Assembly: GCA_036002345.1 (NCBI GenBank)
Contig: DASYTM010000060.1
Location: forward strand, 1 to 19,561
DNA: 19,561 bases
Origin: Candidatus Methylomirabilota bacterium
Lineage (GTDB): Bacteria; Methylomirabilota; Methylomirabilia; Rokubacteriales; CSP1-6
Direction of reading: 5' to 3'
In this document: piece after piece, positions 1-7,333 of the stretch
Layout: the number at the start of each line of letters is the position of its first letter
How positions within the stretch are numbered: position 1 is the stretch's first letter
Notes under the pieces: generated by a model
What the model saw: the letters and a program-made list of their open reading frames with translations, nothing else
Databases searched by the model: none
Told to the model about the DNA's origin: nothing
Translations under genes and position numbers: made by a program

Positions 1-1
1 G

Positions 2-226
2 GACGCGGAGCTCTTCGAGATCCTGCGCGCGCTGCGGAGGAGGGTGGCCGAAGAGCGCGGCGTGCCGCCCTACCTGATCTTCTCCGATGCGTCCCTGCGC
101 GACATGGCACGCCTGCGCCCGCGCACGCTGGACGAGTTCCGCGAGGTGAAGGGCGTCGGCGACTGGAAGCTCGAGACGTTCGGCGACCGCTTCCTGACCG
201 CGGTGCGCCAGGCGGTCGCGGGCTAA
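2..226 (+). CDS. recQ: RecQ-family DNA helicase, C-terminal HRDC domain (partial; 5' end lies outside the window)
   Basis: The frame is open from the window edge. The translation DAELFEILRALRRRVAEERGVPPYLIFSDASLRDMARLRPRTLDEFREVKGVGDWKLETFGDRFL matches the HRDC pattern (VPPYxIFSDxxLxxMA ... GVGxxKxxxFG). TAA stop at 224-226. Confidence 0.8.
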   Translation, partial: DAELFEILRALRRRVAEERGVPPYLIFSDASLRDMARLRPRTLDEFREVKGVGDWKLETFGDRFLTAVRQAVAG

Positions 227-1101
227 CGGCCCTCGTCGGCCGCGCCGAGAGCGACGCCGCCGAGGATCAGCACGACCGCGACGAGCAGGGACGGGCTCGG
301 CCACTCGCCCAGCCACAGCGTGGCGACCACCACGCTGACGAGGGGCGTCGCGAGCAGGCCGAGCGAGACCGTGACGGCGGGCAGGCGCTGGCCGGCCATC
401 GCGCTGGCCCAGTACGCGAGCGCCGTCCCCGGGATTCCCGCGTAGGCGAGGAGCGCCACGAGCGTGGGCGTCGGCTCGAACACGAGCGGTCCCGCCCCGA
501 GGTAGGCGAGCGGCACCGTGATCAGGGCCGCCAGCAACATCTCCCACGGCAAGAGATCCAGCGGCGCGGACTGCCAGGCGTGACCACGGATGTGCAGGAT
601 CGCGCCCGCCCACAGGAACGCGCCGGCGAGGATCGCGACGTTGCCCCAGACCGCGCGCGGCTCCGACCAATCGAAGCCGGCGGGATTGAAGAGCACGACG
701 ACGCCGGCGAGGCCGACCGCGACGCCGAGCACGCGGCGCGCGGTGAGGCGCTCGCCGAGGAGGAGCCACGCCCCCGGCGTGACCCAGAGCGGCGTGGTGT
801 AGGCGAGCACCGCCGAGCGGCCGGCGGGAACCAGCGCGAGCCCGATGCTGGTGAGCACGGTGAAGCCGACCATGTGGAGCAGCGTGATCGTGAGCATCAC
901 GGGCAGGTCGGCGCGCGGCGGCAGGACGAGGCGCCCGCGCAGGATCGCCAGCGCGAAGAGCGCGCCGCAGCCGATCACGGTGCGCACCGCCACCGCCCAT
1001 ACCGGGGACATGGCGGCCACGATGACCTTGTTGATGGGCCAGGTGAGGCCCCACGCGAAGACGACCGTGACGAGGAGCGCGACGCCGGCGCGCCGCGACA
1101 C
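223..1101 (-). CDS. EamA/DMT-family permease (drug/metabolite transporter), 292 aa
   Basis: This is the C-terminal 292 aa of the 789-aa track ORF. It is highly hydrophobic with two EamA-like halves (GVALLVTVVFAWGLTWPINK..., ...GIPGTALAYWASAMAGQRLPAVTVSLGLLATPLVSVVVATLWLGE). I place the start at GTG 1101-1099, 11 nt after the MFS stop (TGA 1115-1113). Upstream of that point the ORF becomes Arg/Ala/Pro read-through in a different frame from the MFS gene. Confidence 0.85.
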   Translation of the reverse strand: MSRRAGVALLVTVVFAWGLTWPINKVIVAAMSPVWAVAVRTVIGCGALFALAILRGRLVLPPRADLPVMLTITLLHMVGFTVLTSIGLALVPAGRSAVLAYTTPLWVTPGAWLLLGERLTARRVLGVAVGLAGVVVLFNPAGFDWSEPRAVWGNVAILAGAFLWAGAILHIRGHAWQSAPLDLLPWEMLLAALITVPLAYLGAGPLVFEPTPTLVALLAYAGIPGTALAYWASAMAGQRLPAVTVSLGLLATPLVSVVVATLWLGEWPSPSLLVAVVLILGGVALGAADEGR

Positions 1102-1112
1102 GACGGACGGCG

Positions 1113-2408
1113 TCAGGACGCCCAGGGGCTCGGCTGGGCCGCGCGCGCGGCGAGCGCCTCGCGCTCGAGCCAGCTCACGGCCAGCGGCACGACGAGCAGG
1201 ACGGCGCCGACCGCGTTCAGCGCGCCGAAGCCCCACGCGCCGAGCACCACGCCGCCGAGCGCGCTGCCGACCGCGCCCATGAGGCCCATGACGAGGTCGG
1301 CGAGGCCCTGGATCGACGCGCGCTCTTCGGGTGAGAGCGCGTCGGTGAGGAGCGCGCTGGCGGAGACGAACGCCAGGTTCCAGCCGATGCCGTTGAGGCA
1401 GAGCCCGGCGAGCACGAGCCCGCTCGCGCTGCCCGGAGGCAGCCCGGCCAGCCCCAGCGCCAGCAGCAGCACGAGGCCGCCGGCGCCGATGATGGGCAGC
1501 CGGCCGAAGCGGTCGCAGAGCCAGCCCGAGAGCGGCGAGGTGATGTACATGCCGCCCAGGTGGAACGAGACGGCGAGGCCGATCGTCTGCACGCCGTGCC
1601 CGTGGTCGTGGAGGTAGAGCGGCGAGGTGGACGTGGTGCCGATCATCACGAGCTGGCTCACCATCAGCGTGCCGTAGGCCACGAACACGCGCGGCTCGCG
1701 CAGGATCGCGCCGAGCGCGCGGGCGGGACGGGCGGCGCCGCGCGCGGCGGCGGGCGCCTCGAGCTGGCGCGCGATCGCGAGCGGATCGGGCCGCAGGAGC
1801 GCCTGCACGAGCACGGCGGCGAGGGCGAACGCGGCGAGCGAGATCAGGAACGCGCTCGCCACGCTTCCCAGCCCGAGGGCCGCGCCCGCGCTGACGGCGG
1901 GCGTCATGAGCATGGGCCCGACGATGGAGCCGGCCGCCGAGCCCCAGACGATCAACCCCATCGCCCGGCCGCGCTGCGCGCCGGGGCTGATGTCGGCCGC
2001 CGCGTAGCGCGCGAGCAGGTTCGACGTCTGCGCGGTGCCGAAGAGGGCCATGCCCACGAGGAAGAGCAGGAAGCTCTTCTGGACCACGCCGAGCATCGCG
2101 AGCCCGGCGCCGGCGACGGCGAGCGCGTAGCCGACCGTGAGGCCGGGACGGCGCCCGAAACGCGCCATGAGCCGGGAGAGCGGATAGGCCGCCAGGGCCG
2201 TGCCGAGCGAGCCGATCCCGACGGGCACCCCGGACCACGTGTTGGTGCCGGTGATGGCGGCGGCCATGATGGCGCCGACGGCCATGGTCATGGAGAACCC
2301 GGTGCTGCCGCAGACCTGGGCCGCGAAGAGCGTCACCATGAGCGCGCCGCGCCGGCGCAGCGCGGCGCCGGCGGGCGAGGGGAGCGAAGTCACGCCGACA
2401 TAGTACAC
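1113..2408 (-). CDS. MFS transporter, 431 aa
   Basis: About 12 hydrophobic segments. An MFS loop 2-3 type motif is present (PLSRLMARFGRRPG; compare the D/G-R-x-G-R-R signature). GTG start at 2408 lies 12 nt after the upstream stop. Alternative starts are GTG 2393 and ATG 2339. Confidence 0.85.
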   Translation of the reverse strand: MYYVGVTSLPSPAGAALRRRGALMVTLFAAQVCGSTGFSMTMAVGAIMAAAITGTNTWSGVPVGIGSLGTALAAYPLSRLMARFGRRPGLTVGYALAVAGAGLAMLGVVQKSFLLFLVGMALFGTAQTSNLLARYAAADISPGAQRGRAMGLIVWGSAAGSIVGPMLMTPAVSAGAALGLGSVASAFLISLAAFALAAVLVQALLRPDPLAIARQLEAPAAARGAARPARALGAILREPRVFVAYGTLMVSQLVMIGTTSTSPLYLHDHGHGVQTIGLAVSFHLGGMYITSPLSGWLCDRFGRLPIIGAGGLVLLLALGLAGLPPGSASGLVLAGLCLNGIGWNLAFVSASALLTDALSPEERASIQGLADLVMGLMGAVGSALGGVVLGAWGFGALNAVGAVLLVVPLAVSWLEREALAARAAQPSPWAS

Positions 2409-2420
2409 ACAGCGCCCGCT

Positions 2421-3380
2421 CTACAGCGAGCGCGTGAGCCGCAGGAGATCGACGACACCGCGGATCGAGAGGGGCCGGGCGGCGAGATACTCGCGCTCGC
2501 ATAGGTCCGGGCCCCACTTGAGCTTGTAGCGGGCCTGGCTCGTGGCGGGATAGATCATGCTGCCGTGCCGTCCGAGCTGACGGATCAGCCACGCGGCGAG
2601 GCGGCTCGCGCCCGGTGGCTCGTCGCCGCCGACGATGAACGGCGTGAATCCGAAGTGCAGGAAGGGTGTGCCGTCGGCGCGCATGCGCTCGATGGCGTGG
2701 GCGTTCGTGAGCTCGATGGCGCCCGCGGGAGCGTCGGGCCGGCGCCGCGTGAGGTCGTGGAGGTAGCCCGGGGTCGTTCCCCAGACGGGGACGTACGTGA
2801 TGAATGCGACGGGGTGACCCCCGCCATCCAGCGCTGCGAACACGCGCCGCTGCGCGTCCTCGGGATGGCCCAGCTCCCCGACCATGAAGTCGAGCTCGTG
2901 ATGGCGCTTGGCCTCGAGCCAGCGCGCGCTGACGCCCGCCAGCGCGGCGAAGCTCCGTTCGTCACGCGGGACGTCGCGGCCCAGCTCGACGACGCGCAGG
3001 CCGGCGCGTCGCGCACGGCTGATCTTGTTGCGGAGCTGCATCTTGTCGCCGCCGCCCAGGCTGAAGCGCTCGAGGCCGAGCCCGAAGCTCGTGCCGAGCG
3101 CGTTCACGCGGAAGCCGCGCCCGCGAAACAGCTCCACCTGCGGCTCGCGGACCTGCACGGCGATGGCGCCGCGGCCGCGCGCGGTGGCGTGCGCCACGAA
3201 GTGATCCAGGAGCGGGCCGCGCGCCGCGGGCGGAGCGTGCACGCCGCCGAAGGCGACGAGGTGCCGGCCCTGCTCGCGGTAGGCGATGAAGCCCGGCGTT
3301 CCGTCGAGGGTGAGGCGGGCGTTGCGCGACGAAAGGGCGAGGAATCCCGACGGATGATCGACGAGCGCCGCGGCGTCCAC
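2421..3380 (-). CDS. Stand-alone DUF2156 / phosphatidylglycerol-lysyltransferase C-terminal-like domain protein (aminoacyl-tRNA-dependent transferase family, MprF-C / VlmA-like), 319 aa
   Basis: The sequence follows the DUF2156 pattern: FIAYREQGRHLVAFGG..., ERFSLGGGDKMQLRNKISRARRAGLRVVEL, HELDFMVGEL, VAFITYVPVWG..GYLHDLTRRRPDAPAGAIELTNAHAIERMRADGTPFLHFGFTPF. No N-terminal flippase or TM domain is present. The start is GTG 3380-3378, 2 nt after the upstream TAG (3385-3383). The 64 aa before it in the track ORF are Arg-rich read-through. Confidence 0.8.
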   Translation of the reverse strand: MDAAALVDHPSGFLALSSRNARLTLDGTPGFIAYREQGRHLVAFGGVHAPPAARGPLLDHFVAHATARGRGAIAVQVREPQVELFRGRGFRVNALGTSFGLGLERFSLGGGDKMQLRNKISRARRAGLRVVELGRDVPRDERSFAALAGVSARWLEAKRHHELDFMVGELGHPEDAQRRVFAALDGGGHPVAFITYVPVWGTTPGYLHDLTRRRPDAPAGAIELTNAHAIERMRADGTPFLHFGFTPFIVGGDEPPGASRLAAWLIRQLGRHGSMIYPATSQARYKLKWGPDLCEREYLAARPLSIRGVVDLLRLTRSL

Positions 3381-3382
3381 GG

Positions 3383-4711
3383 CTAGCCCAGACGGTCCAG
3401 GAGCGCCATGCCGCGCACCGTGGCCTGAAATCCGAGCCAGCGCAGCGGCTCCAGGGGCAGGAGCGGCGGATCGTCGCGAAACCAGGGCAGATCCTCGGGA
3501 ACGGCGCCGTCGCACAGGATGGACGCGATCCACGCGCCGGAAGCGACCGACAGCGCGACGCCGTGCCCGCACCAGCCGACCGCGTGCAGCACGGACGGAC
3601 GGCCGCGCAGCCGCTGGATCGCCGGGAGGCCGTCGAGCACGTAGTCGATCACGCCCGTCCAGCCGCCGGCCACCGGCGGCGCGACGGCGCCGAACGTCCG
3701 CCGGAGCTCGCCGGCGAGCGCGTCGAGGGCGGCGGCGCCGCGGCCGTCGTCCTCGGCGCCGCCGCCCCAGCGATATCGGGGCGCGCCCCCGCCGAAGACG
3801 ATGCGGTCGTCGGCGGTGAGGCGCGCGTAGCTGAAGATCCGGCGCGCGTCGAGCAGCGCCTCGCGACCCTTCCAGCCGAGCGCGTCGCGCGCGCCGTGGT
3901 CGAGCGGCGCCGTCACGAGCACCTGGAGATGCACGGGCAGGACGCGGCCGTGAAGGAGGCCGAGCCCCGGTGTATAGGCGGACGTCGCGACCACCACGTC
4001 GTCGGCGATCACGACGCGTTCACCATCGACGTCGAGGCGAACGGGCCGTCGATCTCCCAGGGCCCTGACGCGGCAGCCTTCGGCGATCGTGCCGCCGCGC
4101 GCGCTCACGCGCTCGGCAAGGCCGGCGACCAGCCGCATCGGGTGAAGCGTGCCCGCGGACGGGAGCCTGATGGCGGCGGGGCCGGCGCCGTCGTAGCGAC
4201 GCGCGCCGGGAAGACGAATCAGGCGCTCGAGCGCGTCGTCGTCGAGCATCTCCACGCCGAGGCCGAGGCGGGCATGGAGCGCGGCGAGGGCGGCGAGGCG
4301 GGCTCGGCTGGCGCGCTGTTCGCCCGCCACCGTGAGCTGGCCCGTCATCTCGAGATCGCAGGCAATCCGCTCGGCGGCCACGAGCGTCACGACGTCCTCG
4401 ACGGCACGGGTGGTGGCGAGATAGAGCGCCTTCGCGCGCGCGGGGCCGTGCCGGCGGACGAGCGCGCCGAGGGCCTGGCCGACTCCGGGACTCAGGATGC
4501 CCGTCGTGCGGCCCGAGGCGCCGGCGCCGAGGCGCCCGGCCTCGAGCACGAGCACGCGCGCGCCGGGGCGCCGCTCGAGGACGTGATAGGCGGCCGACAA
4601 CCCCGCGAAGCCGCCGCCGATCACGGCCACATCCGCGCGCGTCGTTCCCGCTGGCAGCGTCGGAAACGCGCGCCCGGCGCCGTCGGCCCACATCGGCGCG
4701 GTCGTGTTCAC
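3383..4711 (-). CDS. FAD-dependent oxidoreductase, DAO (glycine/D-amino-acid oxidase-like) family, 442 aa
   Basis: N-terminal Rossmann dinucleotide motif DVAVIGGGFAGLSAAYHVLER..VLVLEAGRLGAGASGRTTG. The C-terminal part (HAVGWCGHGVALSVASGAWIA) is typical of the DAO family. GTG start 4711-4709 overlaps the upstream TGA (4710-4708) as GTGA. ATG 4693 is an alternative start. Confidence 0.8.
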   Translation of the reverse strand: MNTTAPMWADGAGRAFPTLPAGTTRADVAVIGGGFAGLSAAYHVLERRPGARVLVLEAGRLGAGASGRTTGILSPGVGQALGALVRRHGPARAKALYLATTRAVEDVVTLVAAERIACDLEMTGQLTVAGEQRASRARLAALAALHARLGLGVEMLDDDALERLIRLPGARRYDGAGPAAIRLPSAGTLHPMRLVAGLAERVSARGGTIAEGCRVRALGDRRPVRLDVDGERVVIADDVVVATSAYTPGLGLLHGRVLPVHLQVLVTAPLDHGARDALGWKGREALLDARRIFSYARLTADDRIVFGGGAPRYRWGGGAEDDGRGAAALDALAGELRRTFGAVAPPVAGGWTGVIDYVLDGLPAIQRLRGRPSVLHAVGWCGHGVALSVASGAWIASILCDGAVPEDLPWFRDDPPLLPLEPLRWLGFQATVRGMALLDRLG

Positions 4712-5745
4712 GCCGCGGCTCGGGCGAGCGCCTGGGCGACCGCGGGCGATCGTCCCACGCGCCAGATGCGCCCGTCGACGAGGTAGTGATGAAACGCCAC
4801 GCCCCAGCCGAGGCCGATCAGGACGTTGCGCGTCAGCGTGGAGGGCGCGCTGGCGGCCCCGAGCACGCGCGCGCCGTACCACACGAGACCGAGGGCCAGG
4901 CCGAGGGCGAGATAGCGCGCCAGGCTGCCCGACGGTACGCGGCCGTGGCCGCGCTCGTAGTGCCACACGATCCGGTGGTACTGCAGATTGTGAAAGATCG
5001 TGAGGGTGGCGAGGATGGCCAGCAGGTCGTCGAGCGCCGCGAACACGACCGCGTGGAATCCGATCACGAGCGCGAGCAGGAGGTGCCGCTGGGCGAGGCG
5101 GCGCGGCTCGACGCGGCCGGAGAGGACGGTGACGAGCAGCGCCGTCATCGCCACGACGAAGCCCGCGTCGAGCGCGAGCCGCGCCAAGGGAATCAGCGCG
5201 GGCGGCGTCAGGCGAGGCAGCCCCGTGGCCGCGTAGCCGTCGGAGAGCGAGAAGCGGACGTACGGATAGAGGCAGCCGAGCCAGAGCAGCGCCGTGTCGA
5301 GCCGGGCGCCGTTCGCGTCGGCGGCGCCTTCGCGCCGCCGGTAGAGCCTCAGGAAGCCGTAGTGCTGGCGCACGAGATGCCAGTAGGCCCAGAGGTAGGC
5401 GAGCAGGAGGAACCAGGCGAACAGCCCGCCGGGCTCGGCGAGGCCGGCGTCGAGCAGCGCCACGGCGGGGCCGATCCCGAAGACCGCCCACGACCAGCGC
5501 CCGGGAAGCGCCGCGCGCGACGCGGCGTCGGGCGCCAGGTAGCTTCGCGCGTACGTGCCCCACACGTGCGTGCCGTCGAAGAGCACCCCCCACAGGAACA
5601 CCGCGAGCACGACGGCGGACGGCGGCGCCGTCACGAAGAAGGCGCACAGCGCGAGCCCGGCCACGACCCCGCCCTGAAGCCAGACCAGATCGTCGCGCCG
5701 CGAGATGATCCAGGGCCCCGACGCCGAGAGCACGCCCGCGCTCAT
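4708..5745 (-). CDS. Polytopic integral membrane protein with four conserved-looking histidine motifs (candidate membrane metallo/redox enzyme), 345 aa
   Basis: About 8 hydrophobic segments. His clusters: FDGTHVWGT, YWHLVRQHYG, FHNLQYHRIVWHYERGH, FHHYLVDGRIW. ATG 5745-5743 overlaps the upstream TGA (5744-5742) as ATGA. I do not recognise the family. The motifs do not match the canonical desaturase/AlkB HxxxH/HxxHH boxes. Confidence 0.7.
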   Translation of the reverse strand: MSAGVLSASGPWIISRRDDLVWLQGGVVAGLALCAFFVTAPPSAVVLAVFLWGVLFDGTHVWGTYARSYLAPDAASRAALPGRWSWAVFGIGPAVALLDAGLAEPGGLFAWFLLLAYLWAYWHLVRQHYGFLRLYRRREGAADANGARLDTALLWLGCLYPYVRFSLSDGYAATGLPRLTPPALIPLARLALDAGFVVAMTALLVTVLSGRVEPRRLAQRHLLLALVIGFHAVVFAALDDLLAILATLTIFHNLQYHRIVWHYERGHGRVPSGSLARYLALGLALGLVWYGARVLGAASAPSTLTRNVLIGLGWGVAFHHYLVDGRIWRVGRSPAVAQALARAAA

Positions 5746-6941
5746 GCCGGGCTCGTGGCGAAGCGGGACCACACCATGCGCTGGGCGACCCGCCCGAGCG
5801 AGGAGTTCGCCAGCCCGAAGACACCGCGGTGCAGCACGTCGGCGCCGGGGCCGCCGAGGGCGAAGCCGCAGCTCATCCAGTGCGACCAGCGGATGACGCC
5901 CGCGTTGATCGGCCTCCGCTCCCGCTCGTAGGCGTCGAGCGACCGGTCGACGTCCGTCGGGCCGGCGCCGCTCGCGAGCACGGGACCGAGGTGGCGCGCG
6001 AGCGCGGCGGCGTCCTCGATGGCCATGGTCATGCCCTGGGCCATCACGGGATTGATGACGTGGATCGCGTCGCCCAGCAGCACCGCGCCGCGCGCCGCGT
6101 AGCGCGGCGCGTGGCCGCGCCAGAGCTTGTAGAGGTGGACGCCGACGGGCGAGGCCCGGCGGCCCTCGAGCAGCGGCGAGCGATGGACGATGCGCGCGAG
6201 CTTGTCCGCCGGCGACCCGGAGCGGAAGAGCCGCTCGGCGCGCGCGTGGACGAGCGCGGCCAGCCCCAGGCGGTTCACGCCGGGGACGACGAGGATGCCG
6301 CCGTCCGGATGCAGCTCGGTGCGCAGCACGTCGGGATGTCCCGGTGGCCGATCGATGTCGACGATGAAGAGCGCGTGATCGTACGGCACGCGGGGCAGCT
6401 CGATGCCGAGGGCTCCGCGCACCTTGGACGCCGCGCCGTCGGCCCCCACGACGAGCCGGGCGCGAATCTCCTCCTCACCGCCGCGCGGCGTATCGAGGAC
6501 GACGCCGGTCACGCGGCCGCCGTCCTCGACGATGCGCGTGACGCGCCGGCCGTAGCGCATCTGCACCCGGCCCGTGGCCGCCGCGGCCTCGACGAAGACG
6601 CGTTCGATCTCGGGATGTGGAAGGACCAGATACGGATCCGTCACCCCCGGCAGCGTGAGCGGGACGTCGAGGAGCAGCCCGGCGCGATGGTGATGGAACT
6701 GCATTCGGGCCACGGTCAAGGCCCCGGCGGCGCGCACCCGGTCGAGCGCGCGCCACTCGGCGAGCAGGCGGGTGACGGGCGGCAGCAGGCTCTCGCCGCG
6801 GTTGATGTTGCCGGGGCCCTGGTGCCGGTCGATGACGAGCACGCGCAGGTCGTGCGCCCGCGCCAGCGCGAGCGCGAAGGCGGCGCCGCCGACGCCCGCC
6901 CCCACCACGATCACGTCGAACGCGGTCGTCGAATCTCGCAT
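5742..6941 (-). CDS. FAD-dependent monooxygenase (group A flavoprotein monooxygenase, UbiH/PHBH-like), 399 aa
   Basis: All three signatures are present: GxGxxG (FDVIVVGAGVGGAAFALALAR), the DG motif (LVVGADGAASKVRGALG) and the GD motif (LLGDAIHVINPVMAQGMTMAIEDAAAL). SD GGAG sits 6 nt upstream of ATG 6941. Confidence 0.85.
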   Translation of the reverse strand: MRDSTTAFDVIVVGAGVGGAAFALALARAHDLRVLVIDRHQGPGNINRGESLLPPVTRLLAEWRALDRVRAAGALTVARMQFHHHRAGLLLDVPLTLPGVTDPYLVLPHPEIERVFVEAAAATGRVQMRYGRRVTRIVEDGGRVTGVVLDTPRGGEEEIRARLVVGADGAASKVRGALGIELPRVPYDHALFIVDIDRPPGHPDVLRTELHPDGGILVVPGVNRLGLAALVHARAERLFRSGSPADKLARIVHRSPLLEGRRASPVGVHLYKLWRGHAPRYAARGAVLLGDAIHVINPVMAQGMTMAIEDAAALARHLGPVLASGAGPTDVDRSLDAYERERRPINAGVIRWSHWMSCGFALGGPGADVLHRGVFGLANSSLGRVAQRMVWSRFATSPA

Positions 6942-6954
6942 GGGCGGCTCCGGC

Positions 6955-7332
6955 TCAGGCCCGCGCCGCGAACGGCGCCGCCGAGGATTTGAACGAGTTG
7001 CCGAGCACGCCGCGGTCGCCCGAGAGGTGGATGGGCACGGCGAGCATCGCCCACTCCACGGCGCCGCACGCCAGCGCCCACAGGGCCACCGCGATCGCGG
7101 CGACGAGGTAGCAGTGCGCGAGGTTGTAGAGGCGGTGATAGGTCGGCGCGATGGGCCCGCCGCGGGCGCGCCGGGAGGCCAGGGCGCCGGGCAGGTAGCC
7201 CACCACGTCGATGAGGACGAAGGCCAGCACGAAGCGCGACCAGGCCACGTCCGGCCAGTGCGCCAGCACCAGTGCGACCAGGACGACGACGGCGCCGGCG
7301 TGCTCGGCGCGTGTCCAGCGCGTGGCGTCCAT
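6955..7332 (-). CDS. DUF4260-like small membrane protein, 125 aa
   Basis: Four hydrophobic segments. Motifs resemble DUF4260 as I remember it (FVLIDVVGYLPG, YNLAHCY, IHLSGDRGVLGNSFK versus H-x-G-x-DR-x-x-G-x-x-x-K). ATG 7332 lies 1 nt after the upstream TGA (7336-7334). Confidence 0.6.
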   Translation of the reverse strand: MDATRWTRAEHAGAVVVLVALVLAHWPDVAWSRFVLAFVLIDVVGYLPGALASRRARGGPIAPTYHRLYNLAHCYLVAAIAVALWALACGAVEWAMLAVPIHLSGDRGVLGNSFKSSAAPFAARA

Positions 7333-7333
7333 C

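Noticed and set aside
223-2592. 789-aa minus-strand ORF in the track, taken as a single gene
   Set aside because: Only the last 292 aa look like a real protein (EamA permease). The upstream ~490 aa are Arg/Ala/Pro/Gly-rich, typical of an off-frame reading of GC-rich coding DNA. They overlap the convincing MFS gene (1113-2408), which lies in another frame.
3383-5824. 813-aa minus-strand ORF taken as a single gene
   Set aside because: The N-terminal ~370 aa are Arg/Pro-rich shadow overlapping the His-motif membrane gene (4708-5745) in another frame. The real FAD oxidoreductase begins at the GTGA junction at 4711.
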